From: Candidatus Micrarchaeota archaeon
GTDB lineage: Archaea; Micrarchaeota; Micrarchaeia; Anstonellales; JAHKLY01
Direction: 5' to 3'
Assembly: GCA_020854825.1 (NCBI GenBank)
Contig: JAHKLY010000002.1
Location: forward strand, 160,001-224,000
DNA: 64,000 nucleotides
Each line of letters opens with the position of its first letter. Within the stretch, counting starts at the first letter, position 1. The notes below the pieces were generated by a model, which saw nothing but the letters and a program-made list of their open reading frames with translations, did no database searches and was not told the origin of the DNA. Position numbers and translations under genes: made by a program. This document shows, one piece after another, positions 21,359-32,256 of the stretch.

Positions 21359-22541
21359 TTAATACACCAAAACCACTTAAACGCCATCTTTGGCCTACTC
21401 TTCTACTTATGGCAATTTTAGAATCTTCATCAACACAAACAGATCTTTTTAATGAAACCGTCATTTCATCTCCTTTTATTTTGGATATTACTCCAAGTGT
21501 GGTTGCAGTACCAATACTTATAACTAAAGGTTCTCCTATTTTTAAAGGAGGATTATCAAAATCTGTTCTATTAAACAACTGATATCCAATATTTATAATC
21601 TCTTTAGGTTTATCTATTAATCCGGGTTGTAATATAACATTTCCAATTAATCTGTCTCCTTTCGTAATTGCAGGATCAAGTTTAGTTCCAATTCCAACTA
21701 GCCCCCCAGGAATAACTTCTTTTACAGATTTATTCCCAGAATATAAACTTTCAACTTTTAAATTTATTGGATTAATTTCTTCACTATCTATTGCTTTTTT
21801 AATACCTGGAGATAATTCTACAATATCTCCAATTTTAATTTTGCCTTGTATAACAGACCCCCCAATTACTCCCCCAACTAACTTATCAAGATTAGATCCG
21901 GGTTTATTTATATCAAAGGATCTTGCCACAAATAATTTAATAGGTAGTGTTTCATCTCTTTTTGGTGTTGGAATTATTTTTTCTATAGTTTCAACTAATG
22001 CACTAATATTTGTTTCAAAATTAGCAGACATAGGAATAATAGGTGCTTCTTTAAAACCGAAATCATCTAAAAAAAATCTTATTTCTTTATAATTTTCTAT
22101 TGCTTTTTCTTTTGAAACTAAATCTATTTTATTTTGTATAACTACAATCTTAGATATTCCTAATGCTTGCAAAACCATCAAATGTTCTTTTGTTTGGGGC
22201 TGTGGACATTTTTCATTTGCTGCAATAACTAATAAAACTCCATCCATTATACTTGAAGCTGAAATTGCTGTTGCCATAAGTGTTTCATGACCTGGTGCAT
22301 CTAAAAAAGAAACTTTTCTTAATTCAGTATTTTTTTTACCACAACATTTATCATTGACTCCATATTTATTACACTTTGAACAATGATAAAAGGTAGTATC
22401 AGCATACCCTATCCTTATTGAAATTCCTCTTTTTAGTTCTTCACTATAAGTATCTGTCCAAACTCCACTAAGTGCTCTTGTAATTGACGTCTTTCCATGA
22501 TCTACATGACCTAATAATCCTATATTTACTTCAGCTTGCAA
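21351..22541 (-). CDS. eif2g: Translation initiation factor aIF2 gamma subunit
   Basis: GHVDHGKT, RGISIRIGYA, DAPGHE, NKID; TTG start after SD GGTGAGG. Confidence 0.98.
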   Translation of the reverse strand: MQAEVNIGLLGHVDHGKTSITRALSGVWTDTYSEELKRGISIRIGYADTTFYHCSKCNKYGVNDKCCGKKNTELRKVSFLDAPGHETLMATAISASSIMDGVLLVIAANEKCPQPQTKEHLMVLQALGISKIVVIQNKIDLVSKEKAIENYKEIRFFLDDFGFKEAPIIPMSANFETNISALVETIEKIIPTPKRDETLPIKLFVARSFDINKPGSNLDKLVGGVIGGSVIQGKIKIGDIVELSPGIKKAIDSEEINPINLKVESLYSGNKSVKEVIPGGLVGIGTKLDPAITKGDRLIGNVILQPGLIDKPKEIINIGYQLFNRTDFDNPPLKIGEPLVISIGTATTLGVISKIKGDEMTVSLKRSVCVDEDSKIAISRRVGQRWRLSGFGVLSG

Positions 22542-22550
22542 TACCTCACC

Positions 22551-22955
22551 TTATTGTTTTTCTTCTGTTGCTTCTTTAGGAGCTTCTTCTTTACCAAATA
22601 ATTTTCCAAGAGATGTAGGTCCTTCTTTTGTAACTATTACATTTATTTGATTTACATCTTGACCAATTTGTTTTCCATGAATCATTTTTTTTCTTCTTTC
22701 TCCAGCAGATTTTTTCTTAAATCCAGGTCCTTTGGACATTAGTACTTTTTGTTTTCCAGACCCTTCTACATCATATCTCATTGGAAACCCGCTTAAGTCA
22801 CTTCCCCCTGTAATTTTAAAGGAATAACCTGTAACTCCAATTTGACTTCCTTCAATCGTATCTCCTATTTTTTTACCCATTAATGTTCCAATATTTTCTT
22901 GTGGAACTTCAACTTGGTATGATTTACCATCTTTATTTCCTATAACTACTTTCAT
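22551..22955 (-). CDS. rps6e: 30S ribosomal protein S6e
   Basis: KITGGSDLSGFPMR, GERRKKMIHG; conserved rps6e-eif2g order. Confidence 0.97.
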   Translation of the reverse strand: MKVVIGNKDGKSYQVEVPQENIGTLMGKKIGDTIEGSQIGVTGYSFKITGGSDLSGFPMRYDVEGSGKQKVLMSKGPGFKKKSAGERRKKMIHGKQIGQDVNQINVIVTKEGPTSLGKLFGKEEAPKEATEEKQ

Positions 22956-23151
22956 AAATCCTCACCTTTAATTATTATCTAAAATATACCTAATAATAAG
23001 TAGTATTGTATATATACACAGAGGTTTATAAATGTTTTTCATATTAAAAAGTCTAATTTTCTATTAAATATATAAAAAATATAAATCAGATAGAAATATT
23101 TAAATAATATTGGGGAGAACATAAATTCATAATATAATTACTGGTGATTAA

Positions 23152-23421
23152 ATGAAAGTATTAAAGTTTGGGGCTGTCTGGTGTCAAGGTTGCTTAATTA
23201 TGAAACCAAGATGGAAAAAACTTGAAGAAAAAAATCCTTGGTTGCATACAGAATATTATGATTATGATAATGACAAAGAAATGGTTAAAAAATATAATAT
23301 TAATGATAAATTACCTACCTTTGTTTTTTTAGATAAAGATAACAATGAATTTTTAAGACTTTATGGAGAAATTGAAGAAGACAAACTTCAAAAAATTTTA
23401 GATGAAAATAAAAATAGATGA
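23152..23421 (+). CDS. Thioredoxin-family protein
   Basis: FGAVWCQGC motif, LPTFVF cis-Pro loop. Confidence 0.9.
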   Translation: MKVLKFGAVWCQGCLIMKPRWKKLEEKNPWLHTEYYDYDNDKEMVKKYNINDKLPTFVFLDKDNNEFLRLYGEIEEDKLQKILDENKNR

Positions 23422-23425
23422 TTAA

Positions 23426-24568
23426 ATGATAAATAAAAAAATCAACATAACACTTATTTTATTGTTATTAATTAGTTTTACTTTTGCATCTCCAGATATG
23501 TTAGGACATTCCCCAATGAAATCAGAACAAGTAGATTTGTATTTATTTTGGTCTCATGGATGCCCACATTGTGAACATGAAAAAGACTTTTTAGAAACCT
23601 TAGAAATTAAATATTCAAATCTTAATATTCATGAATTTGAAGTTAGCAGAAACAAAACAAATTTTGATTTAATGATCAAAATGGCTGATAAACTTAATAC
23701 TACTGTAACTGGAGTACCATTTACAATTGTTGGAGATAACTACTTTAAAGGATGGAATAGTGAAGAAACGACAGGAAAATCCATTGAACAAGCAATTTTA
23801 GATATTAAGCAAACAAATGGAGATATAATAGACCTTCCTTTTTTTGGAGAAATAGATGTAAAAACCGTTTCTCTCCCAGTATTAACAATTATGATTGCAG
23901 CGTTAGATGGTTTTAACCCTTGTGCAATGTGGGTGTTATTATTTTTGATTACATTATTATTAGGTATTGAAAATAGATTTAAAAGATGGCTCTTTGGGGG
24001 GGTCTTTATAGGTGCATCTGCACTCGTATATTTTATTATAATGGCTGCATGGTTAAACTTATTTTTATTAGTAGGTTTTATATGGTGGATAAGATTAGTC
24101 ATTGGATTAGTTGCAATTGGTGCAGGACTTTATAATTTAAAAAAATATCAAACCAATATTGAAGGTGTTTGTAAAGTAACTGGTGATGAAAAAAGACAAA
24201 AGATTTTTGATAATTTAAAAAATATTGTTCATAAAGAACATATTGTATTTGCATTAATTGGATTAATAATTTTAGCTTTTGCAGTTAATGTTGTTGAATT
24301 AGTTTGTTCTGCTGGTTTTCCTGCTGTTTATACAAATATATTATCTTTAAGCAATTTAACTGCTTTTGAATATTATGCATATTTAGTTTTATATGTTTTT
24401 ATATTTCTATTAGATGATTTAATTATATTTATAGTCGCAATGAGAACCTTAGAAATAACTGGAATCTCAACTAAATATAGTAGAATGTCTCATTTAATAG
24501 GAGGCATACTTATGTTGATATTAGGCGCAATATTAATATTAAAACCTGAACTTATCATGTTTGGTTAA
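23426..24568 (+). CDS. Glutaredoxin-like domain fused to a CcdA/DsbD-like membrane domain
   Basis: CPHC and GVP, then DGFNPCA and ELVCSAG in TM segments. Confidence 0.85.
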   Translation: MINKKINITLILLLLISFTFASPDMLGHSPMKSEQVDLYLFWSHGCPHCEHEKDFLETLEIKYSNLNIHEFEVSRNKTNFDLMIKMADKLNTTVTGVPFTIVGDNYFKGWNSEETTGKSIEQAILDIKQTNGDIIDLPFFGEIDVKTVSLPVLTIMIAALDGFNPCAMWVLLFLITLLLGIENRFKRWLFGGVFIGASALVYFIIMAAWLNLFLLVGFIWWIRLVIGLVAIGAGLYNLKKYQTNIEGVCKVTGDEKRQKIFDNLKNIVHKEHIVFALIGLIILAFAVNVVELVCSAGFPAVYTNILSLSNLTAFEYYAYLVLYVFIFLLDDLIIFIVAMRTLEITGISTKYSRMSHLIGGILMLILGAILILKPELIMFG

Positions 24569-25239
24569 ATTTGCTCTTTCCATCCATGTAATCTTTGTAA
24601 TTCTCGTATTTTCTCTTTTATATCCTCAGAATAATAATCTGGAATAATTAGAGGCATGACCTCATGATAACATTTTGAACAAAGTGCTTCATAATCCTCT
24701 TTTCCACCTACTTTAATTGCTTCTGTTTTTTCGATAATAGCATGAGTAAAATAAGCCTCTGCTTGACATTTTGAACAAAACGCATTATGGACTATAATTT
24801 GAGAATGATGAATGCCTGCCAACAAATCTCCCATATGTGGACAACCTGTATTTGGATCTGCATCTTTAAATGGAAAAGGTTTATTTTCAGAAGTAGTTGA
24901 AAGACCAGAATAATAAATATTCTTACCAAAAGATAATAATATTCTTATATGATCTATTATTTTACTTTCAAAAAACTGTATTTCATCAATAAAAATATCA
25001 GTTACTGGGAATTCAGAAAAATCTATAATTATCTGATATCCATCTTCTTTAATTACATTAGCAGGAATAGTTATCCCATTATTAGTAACTACATCAGTTA
25101 TATCATACCTATTATCTTTTTTTGGTTTATAAACTTTAAAAGTTCTACCTGCATATTTTTCTCTATTAACTAATCTAACAAGTTCTTCTGTTTTACCTGA
25201 AAACATAGGCCCTAAACACGCAATTAAATTCCCTGCCAT
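24565..25239 (-). CDS. tdk: Thymidine kinase (TK1 type)
   Basis: GPMFSGKT, IDEIQF, CSKC..GG..YEALCSKC. Confidence 0.93.
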   Translation of the reverse strand: MAGNLIACLGPMFSGKTEELVRLVNREKYAGRTFKVYKPKKDNRYDITDVVTNNGITIPANVIKEDGYQIIIDFSEFPVTDIFIDEIQFFESKIIDHIRILLSFGKNIYYSGLSTTSENKPFPFKDADPNTGCPHMGDLLAGIHHSQIIVHNAFCSKCQAEAYFTHAIIEKTEAIKVGGKEDYEALCSKCYHEVMPLIIPDYYSEDIKEKIRELQRLHGWKEQI

Positions 25240-25402
25240 TAAATCACCCCATTAAAATTAAAATAATATTAAATACCCAATATATTTAAAACCCATAGAG
25301 AAACAGAATGGAAAAAACTAGAAAAAACAAACATTTAAATATATAAGCACACACAAATATATTATCTTTATTAATAATTAAACTAAGTGGAGGGAGATAA
25401 AT

Positions 25403-26296
25403 ATGAAAACTGCTGAAATTATGGAAAGAATTGCTAAAAGAGATCCTGCTATTATTGCAACTGGGAACCATTTAATTTGTAATCCAAGAAACCCTAAATT
25501 TTTGAAGGAATATTTAAAGGGAGCAAATACTTCAAATAATTTTCAACGACTATTAACTTTTATGCGAAAACAATGGGACACTGCAAATGAATTCAATTGT
25601 TTAGCAGACGAATTTGAAAAGATGATACCAGATCAAATTATAGGCTTAAATATAATAGAACTTAACAAATTACACTCCAACTTATTTGAAATAACTAAAG
25701 ACTTTTATACATCAATCCCAGAAAATCCCTCTTTTCAAGATTATTTAACTATAAATTCAGAATTCATTCAAATACTAGAATTAATTAATGTTTTTTCACA
25801 AGATTCTACTGAAATTAAAGGATATTTAATTAAAGAAAGAATTAAAAAAATAGAGGAAGAGCTTGATAAAGAAGCAACAATATTTTTTAAAACGTTTACC
25901 ACTTATGCAAGATTAGCAAAATATCCTCAAAGACACAAACTAGGTTTATGGTTTGATAAAATAACTGCAAGAAGAGAAGCATCAATATATGGAAAAACCA
26001 CTTGGGCGTATGAAATTGCTGAAGCACATGCAAATGGGCTTTTGTATTTAATTGATAAATTTGGATATCCTGAATGGGATTCTGAAAAAGTAGATATTTT
26101 TTCAACCGAAATTAATAATTTAAAACAAAAAAGAATAGGTAACATAATCACAAGAGTTAGTAATATTCTAGAAAAAACACATTCAAAATTCATTGAAAAT
26201 GTAAATCTAATTAGAGAAATATTCACAAACGCTATAATAAAAAAAATTGATATAACTGAAAAAAGAATTGGTAGTAAAAATGGGTACTACATATAA
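25403..26296 (+). CDS. Hypothetical helical protein
   Basis: 297-aa ORF with SD GGAGGGAG; overlaps the ispF-like gene. Confidence 0.7.
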   Translation: MKTAEIMERIAKRDPAIIATGNHLICNPRNPKFLKEYLKGANTSNNFQRLLTFMRKQWDTANEFNCLADEFEKMIPDQIIGLNIIELNKLHSNLFEITKDFYTSIPENPSFQDYLTINSEFIQILELINVFSQDSTEIKGYLIKERIKKIEEELDKEATIFFKTFTTYARLAKYPQRHKLGLWFDKITARREASIYGKTTWAYEIAEAHANGLLYLIDKFGYPEWDSEKVDIFSTEINNLKQKRIGNIITRVSNILEKTHSKFIENVNLIREIFTNAIIKKIDITEKRIGSKNGYYI

Positions 26297-26834
26297 ATAT
26301 AAAACTAATAAAAAAATACTACCGTCACTTTCTTTTTTGTTACCTGTCATCAATGGATATAGAAACGGAATTGGAACAGACCAGCATAAATATGCCCTAA
26401 CTGAAAAAGAATTAAAAGAAGGCTGTCTTTTCAAATTAGGAGGTGTTAAAATACCAAATATTAAAGTTCTATCTAATTCTGATGGAGATGTTGTTTATCA
26501 TGCATTATGGGATGCAATTTCAAGCGCAATTGGAGGAAGTTCAATAGGAAAAACATACCCTAAAGATAACAGATCAAGTGATGTATTTTTAAAAGAGTTA
26601 AAAGAAATAATGGATGAACAAGGATATGCAATAAATAATATTTCTATTGTTATTGAATGCACTAAACCAAAGATTTTACCAATAGAAGAAGAAATGAAAA
26701 AAAACATAGCAGAAATATTCAAAATAAACTTAGATCAAATAGGGATTACTGCTAAATCAGGCGAAGGTTTAACAGAATTTGGCAAAGGAAAAGGCGTTGA
26801 AGCAATAGTAAACGTCAGTCTTTTCAGATATTAA
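26280..26834 (+). CDS. ispF: IspF-like 2-C-methyl-D-erythritol 2,4-cyclodiphosphate synthase
   Basis: GIGTDQH, LGGVKI, SDGDVVYHA..DAI..GGSSIG, PKI, ITAKSGEGL. Confidence 0.85.
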   Translation: MGTTYKYKTNKKILPSLSFLLPVINGYRNGIGTDQHKYALTEKELKEGCLFKLGGVKIPNIKVLSNSDGDVVYHALWDAISSAIGGSSIGKTYPKDNRSSDVFLKELKEIMDEQGYAINNISIVIECTKPKILPIEEEMKKNIAEIFKINLDQIGITAKSGEGLTEFGKGKGVEAIVNVSLFRY

Positions 26835-27016
26835 ACAACTAACTTTCTCTTCTTATCCTAAATGTGTAAATGCATGAAAATATGCGTTTTAACGACGTAA
26901 GAGTAAGCTTTAAATACTCTCTCATTTATAATATAAACATAGAAAAAAGGTCTGATTTTAAGATCCAAAAAACAATAAAATAAATTAAAAGAAGAGTAAA
27001 TTTAAGAGGTAAAACC

Positions 27017-28942
27017 ATGGGTGAGCAAACCAAACAAAATAATGAAAAAGCTACTTATAATAATGAAGACTACTCAGCTAAAAATATCAAAATTTTAGAA
27101 GGTTTAGAAGCAGTTAGAAAAAGACCTGCAATGTATATTGGAGATACAGGAGAACATGGTTTGCATCATTTAGTCTATGAAGTTGTTGATAATTCAATTG
27201 ATGAAGCAGTTGCTGGTCACTGTAAAAATATTGATATCGTAATTAAAAAAGATAACTCTATATTAGTTAAAGACGACGGTAGAGGAATACCAGTTGAACA
27301 GCATGATAGTGGAGTTTCAGCATTAGAAGTCGTTTTAACTAAATTACATGCAGGTGGAAAATTTGATAAAGATTCATATAAAGTTAGTGGAGGATTGCAT
27401 GGAGTAGGTATAAGTGTAGTTAATGCATTATCAGAATGGATGGAGATTCAAGTTAAAAGAAACGGCAGTATATACTCACAAAATTATAAAAGAGGAAATC
27501 CTGAAAAACCTGTTGAAATAATAAGTACGGCTGAAAAAACAGGAACACAAGTTAGGTTCAAACCAGATAATGAAATATTTTCAAGTATGGTTTTTGATTA
27601 TGATATATTAGCTTCAAGATTAAGAGAACTTGCATTTCTAAACGCAGGAATAAAAATTTCTATTTTTGATGAAAGGAATGAAGAAAATAAGGAAGTGTTC
27701 CAATATGAGGGGGGGATAAAATCTTTTGTTGAATATTTAAATAGAAATAAAGCCCCGATACATTCTCCAGTATATTTCAAAAAAGAGGAAGCAGAGTATG
27801 AAGTAGAAATTGCTTTACAATATACTGATTCATATTCATCAAACATTTTAACATTTGCAAATAATATTAATACAATTGAGGGAGGAACTCATTTAATTGG
27901 ATTTAAAACTGCTTTAACAAGAACAATAAACGACTACATTAATTCAAATAATTTAAAAGTAGATAAATTAACAGGTAATGATTTAAACGAAGGATTAACT
28001 ACAGTTATATCAGTTAAGGTTCCAGAACCGCAATTTGAAGGACAAACAAAAACAAAACTTGGTAATAATAATGTTAAAGGAATTGTCGAAAGAATAACAA
28101 ACGAACAATTAAGATATTACCTTGAAGAACATCCTGCTGAAGCAAAAGTAATGATTGAAAAAGCATTAACTGCATTAAGAGCAAGAATGGCAGCAAAAAA
28201 AGCAAAGGAATTAATCAGAAGAAAAGGGGTTTTAGAAGGTACAATATTACCCGGAAAATTAGCAGACTGTATAAAAAAAGATCCTGATAAATGTGAAATA
28301 TATTTAGTTGAAGGAGATAGTGCAGGTGGTTCAGGAAAACAAGGAAGAGATAGAAATTTTCAAGCAATTTTACCATTACGAGGAAAGATATTAAATGTTG
28401 AAAAAGCACCACTTGATAAAATACTAGCAAATAATGAGATAAAATCCATGGTTAAGGCATTTGGAACTAGTATAGGAGATGACTTTGATATTTCTAAATT
28501 AAGATATGGAAAAATAATTATAATGACTGATGCCGACGTTGATGGTGCACATATTAGAACTTTAATTTTAACTTTCTTTTATAGATACTTAAAAGAATTA
28601 ATTGAAAAAGGTAATATATACATAGCAAATGCACCTTTATATAAAATCAAAAAAGGAAAATTAACAAAATATGTTTATTCTGATGAAGAATTAAATTCTG
28701 TATTAAATGAGATTGGAGAAAAAGGTGCGTCTCATCAAAGATTTAAAGGATTGGGAGAAATGAACCCTGAAGAACTTTGGGAAACTACTATGAACCCAGA
28801 AAACAGAATTTTAATAAAAATAACATTGGATGATGCAGCATTAGCAGATGAACTATTTACTATACTCATGGGAACTGAAGTTGAACCAAGAAGAGAATTT
28901 ATTCAAAAACATGCTAAAGAAGTTAAAAATATTGATATTTAA
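27017..28942 (+). CDS. gyrB: DNA gyrase subunit B
   Basis: VRKRPAMYIG, EVVDNSIDE, GGLHGVG, EGDSAGG, PLRGKILN, DADVDG. Confidence 0.98.
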   Translation: MGEQTKQNNEKATYNNEDYSAKNIKILEGLEAVRKRPAMYIGDTGEHGLHHLVYEVVDNSIDEAVAGHCKNIDIVIKKDNSILVKDDGRGIPVEQHDSGVSALEVVLTKLHAGGKFDKDSYKVSGGLHGVGISVVNALSEWMEIQVKRNGSIYSQNYKRGNPEKPVEIISTAEKTGTQVRFKPDNEIFSSMVFDYDILASRLRELAFLNAGIKISIFDERNEENKEVFQYEGGIKSFVEYLNRNKAPIHSPVYFKKEEAEYEVEIALQYTDSYSSNILTFANNINTIEGGTHLIGFKTALTRTINDYINSNNLKVDKLTGNDLNEGLTTVISVKVPEPQFEGQTKTKLGNNNVKGIVERITNEQLRYYLEEHPAEAKVMIEKALTALRARMAAKKAKELIRRKGVLEGTILPGKLADCIKKDPDKCEIYLVEGDSAGGSGKQGRDRNFQAILPLRGKILNVEKAPLDKILANNEIKSMVKAFGTSIGDDFDISKLRYGKIIIMTDADVDGAHIRTLILTFFYRYLKELIEKGNIYIANAPLYKIKKGKLTKYVYSDEELNSVLNEIGEKGASHQRFKGLGEMNPEELWETTMNPENRILIKITLDDAALADELFTILMGTEVEPRREFIQKHAKEVKNIDI

Positions 28943-28951
28943 GGTGTGAAA

Positions 28952-31411
28952 ATGACTGAAAAAGAAATTGAAGAAACTATTATTCCAAAAACCATAGAAA
29001 AAGAAATGAAAAACTCATATATGGAATATGCAATGAGTGTAATAGTAGGTAGAGCATTGCCAGATGTAAGAGATGGATTAAAACCAGTTCATAGAAGAGT
29101 ACTATTCGCTATGCATGAGTTAGGAAATACACATGATAAACCATATAAAAAATCAGCAAGAATAACTGGGGAAGTAATGGGTAAGTTTCACCCCCATGGA
29201 GATCAAGCTATTTATGATACAATCGTTAGAATGACACAGAATTTTTCATTAAGATATCCATTAATTGATGGGCAAGGTAATTTTGGTTCAATTGATGGAG
29301 ATAATGCTGCTGCAATGAGATATACTGAAATTAGAATGAATAAGATATGCGAAGAAATGGTAACAGATATTGATAAAGAGACAGTTGGCTTTGTACCTAA
29401 TTTTGATGGTACACTTATTGAACCTGTTGTTTTACCTTCAAAAATACCTAATCTTTTAATAAATGGATCATCTGGTATTGCAGTAGGCATGGCAACAAAT
29501 ATACCCCCACATAATTTAACTGAAGTTGTAGATGCACTTACTGCTTTTATTGATAATCCAGAAATCGAATTACACGAATTAATGCAAATTCTTCCTGGCC
29601 CTGATTTTCCAACAGGAGGTAAAATTGTAGGTAAATCTGGAATTTTAAGTGCTTATTCAACAGGTAGGGGAATTATTTCTATAAGAGGAAAAACAGAGAT
29701 ACTTGAAGACAATCACACTATTAAGATAGTTGAATTACCTTATCAGGTTAATAAAGCAGAATTAGTTAAAAAAATTGCTCATTTAGTTAGATTAAAAAGT
29801 ATTGAAGAAATTTCAGATATTAAAGATAAATCAGATAGAACTGGAATGGAAATAGAAATAAATTTGAAAAAAGGTTCTGACCCAAACGTTGTATTAAATA
29901 AATTATATGTTAAAACTGATTTAGAAAAAGTTTTTGGAATAATAAATCTAGCATTAGTCAATAATGAACCAAAATTTTTAAGTATAAAACAGATGCTTAG
30001 AGAATTCATAAGATTTAGGACTGATATTGTAACTAAAAGATGTAAATTTGAACTTAAAAAATCAGAAGAAAGACACCATATTTTATGTGGCCTTATAATT
30101 GCATTAGAAAATATTGATGAAGTAGTTGCATTAATTAAAAAATCAGATAATCCTCAAAAAGCGAGAGAAGAATTAATTATAAAATACCTATTAACTGAAA
30201 TTCAAGCAAATTCTATTTTAGATATGAAATTAAGTAGATTGACAGGCTTAGAAAGAACTAAAATAGAAGAAGAGCAAAAGAGTTTAGAAGAAAAAATAAA
30301 AGGATTAAAAGAAATTTTAGAAAATAAACTAAAATTGTTAGAAATAATAAAACAAGAGTTAGAAGAAATAAAAACTAAATATGGAAATAAAAGAAAAACA
30401 GAACTATTAGAAGATGAGGAAGATATTGTATTAGAACAATTAATACCTCATGAAGAATCAGTTATAATAATAACACAAAATGACTATGTTAAAAGAATAT
30501 CCTTAGACGAATATAAAACTCAAAAAAGAGGAGGAAAAGGTATGATTGCAACTGGAACAAAAGAAGAAGACATAGTTAAAGACGCAATTATATGCGATAC
30601 TCATGATTATTTGATGTTTTTCTCAAACAAAGGAGTAGTTAGATGGATGAAAGCATATAGAGTACCTCAAACTATGAGATATGCTATGGGAAAACCGATA
30701 ATTAACTTATTAGAAATGGAAAATGAAGAAAAAATCCAGTCTTTAATTAAAGTATCCAATTTCTCAGAAGCAGAATTCTTAGTTATGACAACTAAAAAAG
30801 GATTAATAAAAAGAACCTCCTTAGAATCATTTAGCAAACCAAGAAAAGGAGGGATAATAGCTATTAAATTAACGGATGGGGATGAATTAATTGATGTTAG
30901 AAAAACATCTGGTAATGATGAAATATTCATAGCAACTAAAAATGGATTTGCGATACATTTTGAAGAATCACAAATACGAGAAACAGGACGAGTTGCACAA
31001 GGAGTAAGAGGGATTAGATTAAGAAAAGAAGACGAAGTAGTAGGTATTTCAATAAATATTTCACCTGTTGTTTTGACAATAACTGAAAACGGGTTTGGAA
31101 AAAGAACTCTACTTGAAGAATATAGAAAACAAACAAGAGGAGGAAAAGGAATAATCAACATTCAAACAAAAGGAAGAAATGGAAATGTAGTGGGAATACT
31201 TGCAGTTAATGATAATGATGAAGTAATCTTAATCAGTTCATCAAGTAAAATAATTCGAATGCAGGTTTCAAATATTTCAATGGTAGGGAGAAATACAAAA
31301 GGAGTTCGCTTAATGAGATTAGATGAAAATGAACAAATTACAGCTATCGCACATATACCATTTAACGAAGAAAAAAATGAAGAAAATACTAATATAACTG
31401 AAACTCAATAA
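28952..31411 (+). CDS. gyrA: DNA gyrase subunit A
   Basis: HPHGD, AAAMRYTE (catalytic Tyr), GyrA box QKRGGKG, pinwheel CTD repeats. Confidence 0.98.
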   Translation: MTEKEIEETIIPKTIEKEMKNSYMEYAMSVIVGRALPDVRDGLKPVHRRVLFAMHELGNTHDKPYKKSARITGEVMGKFHPHGDQAIYDTIVRMTQNFSLRYPLIDGQGNFGSIDGDNAAAMRYTEIRMNKICEEMVTDIDKETVGFVPNFDGTLIEPVVLPSKIPNLLINGSSGIAVGMATNIPPHNLTEVVDALTAFIDNPEIELHELMQILPGPDFPTGGKIVGKSGILSAYSTGRGIISIRGKTEILEDNHTIKIVELPYQVNKAELVKKIAHLVRLKSIEEISDIKDKSDRTGMEIEINLKKGSDPNVVLNKLYVKTDLEKVFGIINLALVNNEPKFLSIKQMLREFIRFRTDIVTKRCKFELKKSEERHHILCGLIIALENIDEVVALIKKSDNPQKAREELIIKYLLTEIQANSILDMKLSRLTGLERTKIEEEQKSLEEKIKGLKEILENKLKLLEIIKQELEEIKTKYGNKRKTELLEDEEDIVLEQLIPHEESVIIITQNDYVKRISLDEYKTQKRGGKGMIATGTKEEDIVKDAIICDTHDYLMFFSNKGVVRWMKAYRVPQTMRYAMGKPIINLLEMENEEKIQSLIKVSNFSEAEFLVMTTKKGLIKRTSLESFSKPRKGGIIAIKLTDGDELIDVRKTSGNDEIFIATKNGFAIHFEESQIRETGRVAQGVRGIRLRKEDEVVGISINISPVVLTITENGFGKRTLLEEYRKQTRGGKGIINIQTKGRNGNVVGILAVNDNDEVILISSSSKIIRMQVSNISMVGRNTKGVRLMRLDENEQITAIAHIPFNEEKNEENTNITETQ

Positions 31412-31541
31412 AATAGTGATTAATTATATAAATCTATGAATGACCTATTACTTTAAAATACTATGCAAACTATGAATAATCGACTTATAACTATCCTATT
31501 GTGAGTCACACATGCCATTAGGCAAATGTGGGGTGAAGTAT

Positions 31542-31658
31542 ATGAAAATTAAAATATGGGACCCAGAAGATGATGACTTCGAAGATGATGAAGACTTTGA
31601 AGACGATGAAGAATGGGACGAAGAAGACGGCGATGAAGACTGGGATGACGAAGAATAA
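31542..31658 (+). CDS. Hyper-acidic microprotein (38 aa), not in the ORF track
   Basis: MKIKIWDPEDDDFEDDEDFEDDEEWDEEDGDEDWDDEE; SD GGGGTGA; T-tract terminator at about 31680-31703. Confidence 0.75.
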   Translation: MKIKIWDPEDDDFEDDEDFEDDEEWDEEDGDEDWDDEE

Positions 31659-31740
31659 ATCTCAAAAATAATAAGTAAATCTTCTTTTTCTTTTTTATTT
31701 TTTAATAAACTTTAAAAAATAGTATATTTATAATACATTT

Positions 31741-32154
31741 ATGAAAAATTATCAAAAGCAATTAAAAATAGAAAAAATTGTAACCTCAAAAGGAAAAATA
31801 TTAAAATATTTTTTTGATGGTATCTCAGTAGAATCTGAATTTAATATCTTATTTTTAAAAAGACAAATATTACATATATTAGAACCAGATAAATACCTTA
31901 AACCAATAAAATTTAAAATAGGAATATTCGGGAAATGCATTACTATTTTTGAAAGAAACTTTGATCATCAAATATGGTGCCCAGACTATTGTTTACCCAC
32001 TACAAATAATTTAAATCAAAAAATTGAAAAAATACAAAATCCATATACTCAAGATGATCTTTTTAGATTGATTGATGAAATATATAAACTACAAAAACAA
32101 TTAACCTTTGAAATACCAAATTCATTTGGAGACCCACTAACATCTAAAAATTAA
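31741..32154 (+). CDS. Hypothetical protein
   Basis: 137-aa ORF, no motif recognised. Confidence 0.5.
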   Translation: MKNYQKQLKIEKIVTSKGKILKYFFDGISVESEFNILFLKRQILHILEPDKYLKPIKFKIGIFGKCITIFERNFDHQIWCPDYCLPTTNNLNQKIEKIQNPYTQDDLFRLIDEIYKLQKQLTFEIPNSFGDPLTSKN

Positions 32155-32256
32155 TACTATTTATTGAATTAAATTCATTTTGACCAAAACCTTTTAAATA
32201 ATTATGAATATATATTCATTATACAAACCAGTTATTTCTGGTATGGAGGTAGTTCG

